This document shows positions 50,266-62,820 of a DNA stretch of 64,000 bases, in pieces. The notes under the pieces were generated by a model that had not been told where the DNA came from, did not search any database, and saw only the letters and a program-made list of their open reading frames with translations. Made by a program: the position numbers and the translations under genes. Position 1 is the first letter of the stretch; every line of letters starts with the position of its first letter. The stretch spans positions 102,648,698 to 102,712,697 of the forward strand of contig NC_057713.1 of the NCBI RefSeq assembly GCF_004010195.1, in the 5' to 3' direction. The DNA is from Chiloscyllium plagiosum. Taxonomy: Eukaryota.

Positions 50266-52464
50266 CTGAGCTAATTGAGGAGTTCACAAGGTAGCCTTGC
50301 TCAGCTCACATGTCTGATACAATTACTTTACAAAATGGCTTCTTTGCAAGGAGGGCAAACTTTTGACCATAAAATGGCATCCTGACACATTGTGCCAGAA
50401 TTGCTTCAATGTTAGGCTGAGAATAACTTTTTTTGAAGCTAGGAGCAGACTCCTGCTTTTTAAGCACTGAATCATTCCATACCTGAGGCTGAGATGTCAC
50501 CATAAGTTTGCATTTAAACTGATTCATTAGTCTACAAATTAAACATACTTTCTTTTCAGGGTTGTGATTCAAATTCAAATAAGACAAAGGATCTGATTAG
50601 TTAGAATTGACAGTGGGCAGTCTGTAAGGTCTGTAGAGTGGTCTGCAAGGACAGCAAGTAAGTTAACACTCCATCAATATTACCTTTTACAGAGTTTGTA
50701 TTTAATAACCAGTAATGGCTACTCAATATCATCATAAAGTCCCAAAATGGCAATTAAATTGAATCCTTAGCAGGTAAGCACTTAGAGTTAATTTTCTACT
50801 GGCTTCAACAGACTCAGCACTGAAATGGTCTCTCTCTCTCTAGTGTCCTTTTGAACCCTCAAGTCAGGGTCTTGTAACAGCAAAGATGTTTTTTTCTTTG
50901 TGTCTGCCCCGCTTGCAAGGGGGAAGTAAGAATCTATTGTAATTGACAGGATCTGACATTAATTACAAAGTTTTTGATAGTGTTGAGTTTTGTTTTAGGG
51001 TCAGAATCAAACACTGGCATTAATTTCACAAGGGAATGGCCATGAATATTATCACTTGGTGTCCTGTTCACACGGATTCACTGATGCTAAGGCAAATGTT
51101 CTTAATTGCCTTACAGCATCCTGTTATCACTTAGTGAGCCCAGATGTCCCTATCTTCTGCATTCCTTGAGTTCCCCCTTTTTCTGAACCTTCCTGCCTAT
51201 TTTCTAGTGCAATAATTCAGCATTACATTTTATCTAAATGTTTAAAGACAAATTTTAAGGTTGTAGACCTTCTCACTCTGGGTACTTAGGGTTGGCCAAT
51301 AAATACTGGACTGGTCAGCATTGTCCAGTTCAGTGGATGAATAAAAACATTTTAAAAATTGGTCACTGTTGGAATTAGAACAACTGACGTCCTAGTTGCT
51401 TTCAAATAGTACCTAAAAAGAGTAATATGAGAAATATCCAGACAATCTGTTTAGTGATGTTGGTTAGGGATTTGGTATTGCACCAATTCCCCACCCAAGT
51501 CGAAAGGACCCACCACATAAAGTCACAGAGTCATACACCCCGGAAATTGACACTTCGGTCCAACCACTCCATGCCGAACATAATCTCAAATGAAACTAAT
51601 CCTTCCAACCGGCTCCTGGCCCACATTTCTCTATACCTTTCCTATTCATGTACGAACCCAGGTGTCTTTTAAACGTCGCAACTGTGCCTGCATCCATCAC
51701 TTCCTCAAGAAGTTCATTGCACGCGAACCATTCTCTGTGCAAAACAATTGCCCCTCATGTCTTTTCTTTAAAATTTCTCCCCTCTCACCCTAAAAATGTG
51801 CCTCATAGCTTTGAGATGCAACATCCTTGGGAACACACACTCACCATTAACTAATCTATACCCCTCATGATTTTATAATCCCCTGTATTGTAGAGAGTTC
51901 CACATGTGTCTTTCAAGTCGTGGCACAGAATATTGTCTGCTCATCTGGGAGGGTTGGTACAGACTCACTTTAACGCCTTATCTGAAAACGGTACTCTGGC
52001 AGCCCTGTGCTTCCTGGAATGTCACTTTGGATTATATATTGAAACGGCCTTAAACTCTGACTTCTTGTAGCTGAAACCTCCAGGAACTGAAATGGACCAT
52101 CGGGCTTGAGGAAATAATGAAGTGCACAGGAAACGAGTTAAATGGCAGTTAAGTCCCGGAATCACAACAATACATCAATTAGAACTAAATGCGTACACGA
52201 GCTTTATGTAAAGAGCGGTCAGGCTATAATCTAGATGACGAAGCAGATCATGTAACTAGTAGGAGAGGGGAAACATTTTAGATAATTTCTAATCAAGCGG
52301 TTCAGAGGTATTGTAACAAAACTCAGGAGTAGGTGGCCTCTAGGATCAGAGCAGGGACCCCCAGCAGCATTGATTTAAACTGTCTATATTCGGGATGCGA
52401 ATCATTTCCTGTTTAATTATCCGGTTTAACACAATGAATGCAACCTAATCGTCATTGTTGCACC

Positions 52465-53195
52465 ATGTCGTTCCATTGTCTGGTTGTACTATTGATGCTT
52501 TCCCACAGTGAATGCGACACGGAGCCGTTGGAACCACCAACCAGAGACCATTTGGCCTGTCGTATACTTTTTGGCTCTTTCCAGAAACCCTCACCTTGTC
52601 CCAGTGCCCTGTCTTTTCCATTGGCAATGCATTTCTTTTCTTTTCTCGAGTTTCTACAACTCTCTTCAGAAAGCCAGGGATGAATCTGCCTCCACCGCTC
52701 TCTCAACCAGTGCCATCCACATCCTAAACATTTGCTGTGTGAACGTTTTCCCCTCATGAAGCTTCTCTAACCGATCGATAATCGTAAATCTGCGTCTTCT
52801 GCATTTTGTTGCATCAGTGGAAACTGTTCCTCCCTTTCCGCTTTCTTTGTGATTTCTGTCTGTCTCCTCAGCTATGTGACTTTTCTGTATTTTCTATTTG
52901 CAGGTGAACATTTTGCCGATGTCTTGAGACAGTCACCAATATCGATCACTAGGCCCAAGACATCAACAGTCAAAATACGATGCGTCACACAACACGCAGA
53001 AACTATCCACTGGTACCAACAACAGCCCAACCAGGCGCCTCGAAGGATAATTTATTTCAGCAAAAGCGGCGTTCTGCTGGATCCGGGAATCCCCTCTAAG
53101 TTCTCAATTGAGAAAAGTGTTTCTTCATTCTTCCTTGTAATTGATAACATTGAACGGTCTGATGCTGCCATCTATTACTGTGCCTATTGGATCCC
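52465..53195 (+). CDS. TRGV: TRG V segment, family C, intact (leader exon 52465-52507, 396-nt intron 52508-52903, V exon 52904-53195)
   Basis: CACCATG start, leader MSFHCLVVLLMLSH, GTGAAT donor, TTTGCAG acceptor, in frame. IRC, IHWYQQ and SDAAIYYCAYW motifs. Confidence 0.88.
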
Positions 53196-53235
53196 CACAG
53201 TGAGAAACAACGGAAAGAAGCCCATTGCAAAAACC
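53196..53235 (+). other. RSS of V-C with 24-nt spacer
   Basis: CACAGTG 53196-53202, spacer 53203-53226 (24 nt), GCAAAAACC 53227-53235. Confidence 0.82.
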
Positions 53236-53447
53236 CCAAGGCTGCCTCCTACTCAGCGCAGTCGCACAAGTTTCCAGGCCACAGATGGAGTTCTTGTTAC
53301 TGAAATTCCAAATCGCAAAATCGAAGTCAGAATTAACTTCAATGTCAACATTTCAACATTTCAGAGGCAAATGGATTTGCTGCTTTGAATTCAAGGATTG
53401 ACGTGGAAAAAGGGATAAGAGCGATCTGGTGCAGGGATTCAAGCGTT

Positions 53448-53802
53448 GGTTCCATCGTGTGGTGGTTATCACGTCTGCTTTACACGCTATGGGCGGCACG
53501 GTGGCCCAGTGGTTAGCATTGCTGCCTCACAGCGCCAGAGACCCGGGTTCAATTTGCACATTTTCCCTGTGTCTGCGTGGGTTTACCTCCGGGTGCTCCG
53601 GTTTCCTCCCACAGTCCAAAGATGTGCAGGTTAGGTGGATTGGCCATGCTAAATTGCCCATAGTGTTAGGTGATAGGGTAAATGGTCTGGGTGGGTTGCG
53701 CTTCGACGGGTCGGTGTGGGCTTGTTGAGCCGAAGAGCGTGTTTCCACACTGTAAGTAATCTAAAAAAAAATCTAATCTATTGAAGCTCACTTGGTTCGT
53801 TT
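53448..53802 (+). pseudogene. tRNA-Val(TAC)-like pseudogene interrupted by a SINE
   Basis: GGTTCCATCGTGTGGTGGTTATCACGTCTGCTTTACACGC (53448-53487) is the 5' half of a vertebrate tRNA-Val with TAC anticodon. A degenerate GAAG...GGTTCG resumes at about 53783. Confidence 0.7.
53491..53780 (+). mobile_element. HE1-type SINE
   Basis: GGGCGGCACGGTGGCCCAGTGGTTAGCA head and TAATCT tail. Confidence 0.88.
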
Positions 53803-55737
53803 GACTTTTCTCCCGCGGTAGATGAATTTGAGAAACTTTGCGGCATATGCCTTTTGGTGGTTCTTTTTAGCTTTTTTTTTTAACTTCTCAACGTGTTAAC
53901 GTGAGGTAATAAATGGTTCTGAATCAGTTTGTGTAAATTCGAGGAATATTGAATATAGTTGATGTTCATAGCCATTTAATAATTACTCAATAAACCAGTA
54001 AACCCATCTTCCCTGCTTGTTTTAACAATGCATTTTCTGTGGCAAGTTTTCTGTATGGATCAATTCCAACCCATCTCCACACAAGAGGACGATTCTATGC
54101 ATTGGTCTGAATTTCCCACTCGACCTTAAAATGTATTTTTATAAAGCAATGCGCGCACATCATGAACAACTCTTGATTTCCTTCATTTTGAAAAGTACGT
54201 TATTCCCATTGTTTCCCCCCAATTGTCAGTAGGGCAAACTTCCAGAGTCTTAATTTCAAATAGTTTGCACTCAAATAAACAGGCACCGCGAAACAATTGA
54301 TATTAGATCTTAATCTCATTTTATTTTTGTAGAGTCCTGTATTGAAAGGAAAACATGGCCAACGGTTGGTCAATGTTATGCTCTTTTTTGTGATTGCTCA
54401 CGTGTATAGTTTAGAAGCAGCAACTTACAGACTCATTAGAAACACTTCACATGTAAAATCTCCCGCGAGTTACATTCCCATGTGCTCTTCCTGAATTCAG
54501 AACAAATTCGAATGTTTCACATTGCCCAGCAATGCTCTTTCAGGGCTTGAGACAAATTGTTGAGATTTGGTTTCTGGAGTTTAGTCAGAATTGTAGTCGT
54601 GCCACCGGAAACTGTGGTAACAGTCACCATGCGGGGGTTAGTGGCGGAGAGGAGCGACGAGAAGCCGAGGTTCCCTTCAGTCCTGGATCTCAGACACACC
54701 TTACACCGTTTCAGGGGTAAGCCGAACATCTCATTTTGGTCTGCATTTAAGTTTGCTCAGGCTGTTCACTCAATCTTCCAGCGGGTAGAGTCGGGTGGTT
54801 ATGGGTTTGTGAGTGCCTGGTGTGATGTTAAGTGTATTGCACCGGTTACTGCGTTATTGTCATCTGGGAATCAGCGACAGACAAGCTACCCATTTGAACA
54901 TGATAACAGAACAACCAGGAGCAGGAGTAGGCAATTCAACCCCTCGAGTCTGCTCTACAATTTAATACGATCATGACTGATCTCGCCTCGACCTCAGCTC
55001 CACTGACCTGCGCGCTCCCCATGACCCTTTAACACATTACTAATTAAAACTCTGTCTCTGATTTATTTAGTGTCCTGGTATCCACGGACTCTGAGTTAGT
55101 GATTCTCAAGAGATTCATAAGCCTTTGAAAGAAGCAACTCATCCTCATTTTTGTTTAAAATTTGCCAACCATCCATCTATGACTCAATGAGAACCCTTTT
55201 CATCCTTCTAAATTCTTCAGAGAATAGGCCTCAACTGCTCAATCTGTCCTAATAAAACAAACCTTTCAACTCTGGAATTAATCTTGTGAACTTTCTCTGA
55301 TGCCTCCAATCCAATTACATCCTTCTTGAAGTAAAGGGAGCAAAACTGTGAAAGATATAAATAACAAATTCTGCTTATCTTCCCTATTACACATGCATTA
55401 GGACACTCAGATCCACTTACACATATTGACATTACTGTGCACTTTAATAATAAGTTGCCTTTTTATTCTTCTGACCAAAATGAATAACCTCATGTTTATT
55501 CATGTTTAGATCAATATGCCGAACTTTGGTTGACTTCCTTCAGCTACCTATATCCTTTTGCAAATTTCTTATTTCATAGTTGAAACTTATTTTCCCACTT
55601 GTTCTAGTATCATCTGTAAATGTGATTATAGTACATTCTATCCATTCACCCAGGTCTTTAAGATAGATTATAAATAGTTGGGGCCCAAGGACGATTCCTG
55701 CAGCACCCAACTATTTACAACTTGCCAACCAGTAAAA

Positions 55738-56400
55738 GGTAAAAACAATGACTGCAGATGCTGGAAACCAGATTCTGGATTAGTGGTGCTGGAAGAGCAC
55801 AACAGTTCAGACAGCATCCAAGGAGCAGCAAAATCAATGTTTCGGGCAAAAGCCCTTCATCAGGAATAAAGGCAGAGAGCCTGAAGCGTGGAGAGATAAG
55901 CTAGAGGAGNNNNNNNNNNNNNNNNNNNNNNNNNNNNNNNNNNNNNNNNNNNNNNNNNNNNNNNNNNNNNNNNNNNNNNNNNNNNNNNNNNNNNNNNNNN
56001 NNNNNNNNNNNNNNNNNNNNNNNNNNNNNNNNAATGTAGAGGAGACTGCATCGGGAGCAACGGATACAATAAATGATATGAGTGGATGTGTAGGTAAAAC
56101 TTTGATGGATGTGGAAAGCTCCTTTGGGGCCTTGGATGGAGGTGAGGGAGGAGGTGTGGGCGCTGGTTTTACAGTTCCTGCGGTGGCAGGGGAAAGTGCC
56201 AGGATGTGAGGGTGGGTCGTAGGGGGGCGTGGACCTGACCAGGTAGTCACGGAGGGAACGGTCTTTGCGGAAGGCGGAAAGGGGTGGGGAGGGAAATATA
56301 TCCCTGGTGGTGGAGTCTTTTTGGAGGTGGCGGAAATGTCGACGGATGATTTGGTTTATGCGAAGGTTGGTAGGGTGGAAGGTGAGCACCAGGGGTCGTA
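55738..56400 (-). mobile_element. Penelope-like element 3' part: ORF end leading into the GIY-YIG endonuclease plus terminal repeat (N gap 55910-56032)
   Basis: TFHPTNLRINQII...SLRDYLVRS...CHRRNCKT...IIYCIRCSRCSLLYI. Minus-strand CTGATGAAGGGCTTTTGCCCGAAAC at about 55838-55863. Confidence 0.85.
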
Positions 56401-56552
56401 TGCGAAGGTTGGTAGAATGGAACCCATTTCTTCAGACTCTGCGCTCTCAAGCTCACATTTTACCCCTAACTCTGTGTGATCGTACCTTGTATATTAATCT
56501 TTTGTGTGGCACCTCATCAAATGCTTCTAGAAACCTATACATACTACAGTCG

Positions 56553-56920
56553 TAGAGTCATAGAGTCGTAGAGATGTGCAACATGGAATTAGACCCTTCG
56601 GTCCAACCCCCCGTCCATGCCGCCCAGATATCCCAACCCAATCTAGTCCTACTTGCCAGCACCCGGCCCATATCCCTCTAAACCCTCCCTATTCATATAC
56701 CCATCCAAATGCCTCTTAAATATTGCAATTGTACCAATCTCCACCACTTCCTCTGGCAGCTCATTCCATATACGTTCCACCCTCTGTGTGAAAAAGTTGA
56801 CCCTTAGGTCTCTTTTATATCTTTCCCCTCTCACCCTAAACCTATGCCCTCTAGTTCTGGACTCCCCGACCCCAGGGAACAGACTTTGTCTATTTACCGT
56901 ATCCATGCCCCTCATAATAT
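56553..56920 (-). mobile_element. CR1 3' fragment
   Basis: MRGMDTVNRQSLFPGVGESRTRGH...WNELPEEVVE, tail repeats at 56553-56572. Confidence 0.85.
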
Positions 56921-59353
56921 TTCAGAGGGCTTCCATTATGCACTTCCATATTACTTCTTCAAACTACTCTAGCAAATGAATTAAACACGACTTACGCTTC
57001 ATTAAACCATCCCGACACTGAAGGATTCTGTTTTGACTTTCCAAATGTTCTTCTACTCATTCTTTAAGAATGGATTCCCACAATATCCCAAAGCCAGACA
57101 TTAAACGAACTTGTCTATAATTTTGCATTCCGCCTTCCCCTGCCCGACTCCCTATTCGAACAAGGGCAGTATATTGTCATTTTTCTAACCAACTGGAGCC
57201 TTTCCAGAATCCAAGCATTTTTGGAATGTCATCTATTGGTGCAATTGCAGGACTTGGATCAAACAAACAGGAAAAAAAAATTCCAATATCAAATAAAAGG
57301 AATGATAACTCTTCCTTACGTGGTCTCAGTGGTTCTTCTCATGGAACCATCAGTAAAACAACTATGCCACTGTGCACAGTATTTGAAATTGTACGCAATG
57401 TTTACATGTTCCCGTTTATTCCCTGTGAGGGTTCTGTTACCTCCATTGGCTGGACAGCTGGTTTACTATGCAGAGTGATGGCCCCAGCTTGGATTCAATT
57501 CCTGCACTAGATGAGGTTACCATGAAGGGCTCTACTTCCCAACTTCTCATAGACCCTGAGGCCTACCATAACCTAAATGAGAGAACGGTTTCTATAGTCC
57601 TCTGGGACTACGGTGACTTTATTTGTATAGTGAATCCAAGCAAGGATAAACATTTAGAGTACAGAGACAGACAGAGGGGACCAGCTGTTTGGAACAGGTG
57701 GTTTCCCAATTGTTAGAATGACGCCGGTTGTTATACCAAGAAAGGCAACCAACAATATAGGACATGAGGTTCTAACACTATTATTTAACTTTGGATAGAA
57801 GAGTGAAACTTAGTAAAATCTTTCCTCAGCACACGATTTAATGAATAGGGTCCATAACAGAGTGGGATGCATATGATTTTTTAAAAAAGATTAGTCTCGT
57901 GGTCAGATGACGGATACATTTCACAGCTGTGAGGCGGATTCACCTGACTTCGAAGCACATGAATTATCTCCCGTTTCAAATGTGTGCCTAGATGGAATTG
58001 GTTAGAAAGGATTAGTATTTGCATTGCCTCTTGCAAGAGTTAGTTTTTCTTTTAGTTTGAAGGCATTAAGGGGTATGGGGTAAAAGGGGGAGCATGGCAC
58101 TCAGAGACGAAGGCATGATCATGTTGCATGGCGGAACAGACACGAAGAGCCTAATAGACTGCCCTGCTCTTAGTTTCTATCTTATGTTTCATGAACAGGA
58201 GACTTCCCAAAAACATTTCACGTTATTAAAGCTGTTGTAAATCACAGATATGAAGCGGCCAAGTTGCACAAAAGATCCCTCCAAGAGCAGTAAGGTAAAC
58301 ATGAAAGACCTAGTTCAGTGATGGTAGTTGAAGACAAATATCGGTCATGGCACCAAAAGAAATCCGTCGCTTTCTTCGAGCTCCGTGGATTCATCTGCAT
58401 TCACTTCAAATGGCCATGTGGAGCAGAGAGAAAAATAGCAAGTGACAAAATAAGAAACAGGAATTGGAACTAAACGTGATTTCTGGAGCCTGCTCCGTCA
58501 TTTAGTACAAGTATGACCGATGATTTGCCTCAGCTCTCCATGTCACCTGATTCTCTGAAAGAAGAAAATTCTTGTTGTATGGACTTTGAATATATTCAAT
58601 CCCAGAGCCAACCTCAACCCAATGGTTCACAACCTTCAGTGAAGACATTTCTCCTCGTCATAGTCCAGAGCAATCAACTCCTTAATCTAAAGTTGTGACC
58701 CCTTCCACCGCCGTTATAGATCATCCAACCAGGGAAAACAACATTTGTACAAAACCTTTCAGAGTATTTCGTATTTCAATCCGATGACCTCTTTCTTCTA
58801 AAGAATATTAAAGAATATTGGTCAACCTTTCACTTTCGGACAACCCTTCCCTTCCCGGAACCGATCGAGTGAATATTTGCAGCACCACCTCCTATGATGA
58901 TGTCTCCTTCCTTAAACTAAAACTGTGACACAGTGTTCTAATTGCACTTTCATCAAAAGCACACATACTTGCAGCAAGGCGTCTTTAGCCTCAAACCTGA
59001 TACCACTGTATGAAAGACAAACATATGATTTACCTTCCTAATCGCTTGTGACACCCAAGTGCTAAATTTCTGCATTCCTTGTAAGAGTACAGCCAAACTT
59101 CCCTGTATGTTATTTTCAGTGGCGAGTGTTAAAGAGAGGAAGTTGTAAGGGCGCCTGGTCAGACCTGATCCAGTAATATTACCATCTCTGGTCGCCTACA
59201 TAAAATTTACTGGGACCAGTGACAGAGATGTCATAGGATAATTTTCGTGGTTCGTAGTTTGAGCTACACACAAACTTTGAGGGTATTTTCGCCTCGAAGT
59301 TCTAGCAGGGTTTGGAGTGGGGCAGAGAAATCTTCTTCCACCTGTCTAAAATT

Positions 59354-59610
59354 AAAAATCACACAACACCGAGTTATAGTCCAGCAGGTTTATTTGGAAG
59401 CACTAGCTTTCGGAGCGATGCTCCTTAGTCAGGTGGTTGTGGAGAATAAGATATAAAGTATCTTACAACCTTATTCTCTACAATCACCTGATGAAGGAGC
59501 AGCGCTCCGAAAGCTAGTGCTTCCAAATAAGCCTGTTGGACTATAACCTGATGTTGTGTGCTTTTTAAAAACTTTGTACACCCCAGTTCCAACACCGGCG
59601 TCTCCAAATT
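59354..59610. mobile_element. Penelope-type inverted repeat with intact hammerhead motif, upstream of V-D
   Basis: TSD CTGTCT(A/G)AAATT at 59342-59353 and 59611-59622. CAC-CTGATGA-A-GGAGC-AGC-GCTCC-GAAAGCTA-GTG at 59485-59519. Confidence 0.8.
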
Positions 59611-60047
59611 CTGTCTGAAATTGTTACTGAATAGAAACGGTAGAGCTGAGAGTTCTTGCTGTGCAGTGGTAGTGCCTCGACATCTGTACCAGGAGGTCTG
59701 GGTTCGAGTCCCATCTATTCCAGAGGTGTGTGATGCCAGCTCTGATGAAGTTGATGAGGAAAATACCAAAAGCGTAGATTTGCAATGCTATTTTCAATTC
59801 AATTGCTGAAAAGGGGCAACAGTAGAAAGTAAGTGCGCAGCGAGTGATCAAAACTTGCAAAGGGTGGTTGAGGTACGGGCAGATTTAAATGAAGCTGTGA
59901 ATGCTCAGCTACTCAATGTAAACGTCACCTTTGATGCTACGGGAAGATCCAGCATTCGTTTAAAGAGATTGACATCTTTTCCGGTACTGCTTGAGTCCTC
60001 CGCGGATATTAGTAAATTCGAATCAGTTCCTTGTTGACTCCACCAAC

Positions 60048-60495
60048 ATGAAGGGTCACATCCTTACGATTTTACTAACCGCTCTCCTCGGTCAGTACAA
60101 CAGGTTCTAACTGATTATTGCCATTGTTTAACATTCTGTGATCTCTGTATTCACAAATATTCTGATTTGCATCTTTCACTGGCAGGAAAATCGGTTGCTC
60201 AAACGTTGACTCAGTCTCCAATCTCAGTAACGAGAGCTCTGGGGAAGACTGTACGGTTTGAATGTAAGTTTGAAGGGAGCGATTTCAACAATGCGATTAT
60301 CCATTGGTACCGGCAGACCCCGGGTCAAAGGCTACAGCGCCTGCTATATTTCAAGAATCCGTCCGACACTCAGCAAGATGTGACCGACAAAGTACTACAC
60401 GCTGAAAAAAATTCGGAGACCAAAACGTGCAGCTTGCTCATGAGGACGATCAAGGAGGATGACTCTGGGGTCTATTATTGTGCTTTCTGGGATAG
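60048..60495 (+). CDS. TRGV: TRG V segment, family D, intact (leader exon 60048-60090, intron 60091-60185, V exon 60186-60495)
   Basis: Leader MKGHILTILLTALL, GTCAGT donor, GGCAG acceptor, in frame. FEC, IIHWYRQ and DDSGVYYCAFW motifs. Confidence 0.93.
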
Positions 60496-60534
60496 CACAG
60501 TAACTGAAAGGCAGGGGAAACCCGCACAAAAAGC
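60496..60534 (+). other. 23-RSS of V-D
   Basis: CACAGTA 60496-60502, 23-nt spacer, ACAAAAAGC 60526-60534. Confidence 0.88.
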
Positions 60535-61456
60535 GATCGCCATCCTGCTGATTCTTTGCAAGCTGCCAACAGACAAACAACAGGTGTAGCCTTTGGAGAT
60601 TTCAACCATATTTAAATTCCGCGTTGCGCTACACATGCAATTCGTTATTTTCAGGTGTTCTTTACATTGTATTGTCAAATTGGGGAGAATAAAATTATTT
60701 TGCAAATAACATACAGTGTGATCATGACGGGTGTATGATCTGATTCCATATACCTACTGTGAGTCCGCATCCTTAAATTGGAAGGTTGCTGCGGGGATAA
60801 TATTCATCCAGATTCCTGGAATAAGGGTCTGTGTATAAGTTCACATAGCACTACAGTAGTTAACTTTGGTTTTAACGTTAACTTTAAAACCCATGAAATT
60901 GCATATGGATATTTTAAAACCATCTTGTTCAGTCAGATTATGACATATCTCTGAAGCATGGCATACCTTTGAACCCGGAGCTCCTGATACAAAGGTTATG
61001 ATTTGACCACCGCACCCCTTAGAAATTCCTTCTCCGATAGGAATTTTCATGTAATCAGATCAAAGATGGTTGGGAAACTTCAGCCGATGATGATCTGCCT
61101 TCCTCGACTGAAGAAACAGTGCTCCTCCACATTGAATCCATGGTCAAATGTTTCCATAAAACTCCAACTAAAATCCTGGCAACTAACTGACTGTGCGAAG
61201 CATTGCTCAAGTCCTCTACGTGAAAATTGTGACAAATCAAATTGGCTAATCCCTTCTCCAAACATTCTTCTGTAAAGTGACGGGAGGTGTAATTGATATT
61301 GCTATCAAGCAATACTTTGTGTCAGAGGCCTGAGACCAAGTCCAACCATCTACAGAGAAGTGTCATAATACCTCTGAACAGCTTATTTACAATTATCTAT
61401 ACAGCAATATGTTCACAGATTTCAGTTTTGAATCTGCCAGGGCCACTCATCTCCAG

Positions 61457-62820
61457 AGATTTTCATCATCATGAAGTGCTTTGAGAGTGTCCTGCTACCC
61501 CCCCCCCCCCCCCCCCCCACCGACTGGACGCTCTGAAGTTAGCGTATGGACCCAACTGCTCAACATATGGTGCCACTTCCACCACCCTCCATCTGGCCCT
61601 CACCCACCTGGAGAAGAAGGACTACTGTTCATGGATTTCAGTTCTGCACTTAGCACCATCATTCCACAGCATCTGATTGGAAACCTGAGTTGGCAAGGCC
61701 TAAGTACCTCCCTTTGTAACTGGATCCTGAACTTCCTGACTGGGAGACTTCAGTCAGTCTGGATTGGGAAGAGCATCTCTAACACTATCACAATGAACAT
61801 GCCCCCCAGGGCTGTGTGCACAGTCCACTGCTGCTCACCCTGCTGACACATGGCTGTGCAGTGGTGCACAGGTCGAATCACATCATCAAGTTCGCTGATG
61901 ATATGACTGTAGTGGGTCTCATAGGCAGGAACAAATAGTTAGCATACAGAGAGGAGGTGCAGTGGCTAATGGACTGGTGCAGAGCCAAGAACCTGTCTCT
62001 GAATGTGGACAAGACAAAAGAAATGGTTGTTGACTTTAGAAGGGCACTGAGCAACCACTCTCCACTGGGGATCAATGGCTCCCCCGTGGAGGTCGTGAAG
62101 AGCACTAAAATTCTTGGCATACACATGGTGGGGAATTTCACTTGGACCATCAACACCAGCTCCATAGTCAAGAAAACCCAATAGTGTCTCTACTTTCTGC
62201 GTAGGCTGAGGAAAGCCAACCTCCCATCCCCTATCCTCACCATATTCTACAGAGTATCCATTGATAGTACCCTGGCTATTGCATCACTGCCTGGTTCAGG
62301 AATTGCACTGTCTTGGATCATAAGACATTACAATGGATAGTGAGGGCAGCTGAGAAGATCATCAGGGTCTCTCTTCCCTCCATTACAGGCATTTGCTCCA
62401 CACTCTGCATCCAAAAGGCTAAAGAGGATTGTGGAAGACCCCACACAGTTCTCACTCAAACACTTCTCCCTCCTGCCATCTGGCAGAAGATACTGGAGCA
62501 TACTGTCTCTCATGGCCAGACTATGCAACAGTTTCATCCCCCAAGCCATCAGGCTCCTTAACACAGTATAATCAGGCTATTTCCCATCTGAAATTCTTTT
62601 GTATTGCAGCTAGCAAAATGTCTAGTATTCACCATTCTTTTATTACACTGTAATTTGTGTGTTTTGCACTTCTTATGCATTTTATGCTGCGTCTGATTGT
62701 ATAGTTTGTGCTGTCCATGTAGCACCCTTGGTACTGGAGAAATGTTGTCTCGTTTTTACTGTATCAGTTGTATATGGTAGAAATGACAAATAAAAGCTAC
62801 TGTACTCTCTACTCTACTCT
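61457..62820 (+). mobile_element. Rex1/Babar-like LINE, 5'-truncated
   Basis: [57 protein letters not shown], (TACTC)n tail. Absent from the paralogous site near 12915. Confidence 0.8.

Noticed and set aside
50270-51270. Possible LTR or ERV leader fragment absent from the paralogous unit
   Set aside because: No clear TG...CA ends, primer-binding site, TSD or protein motif could be identified by eye.
54517-54976. Short ORFs in a GC-rich patch
   Set aside because: No recognisable domain or supported splice structure.
39669-56032. N runs at 39669-39726 and 55910-56032
   Set aside because: Assembly gaps inside repeats. ORFs crossing them are not meaningful, and true distances may differ.
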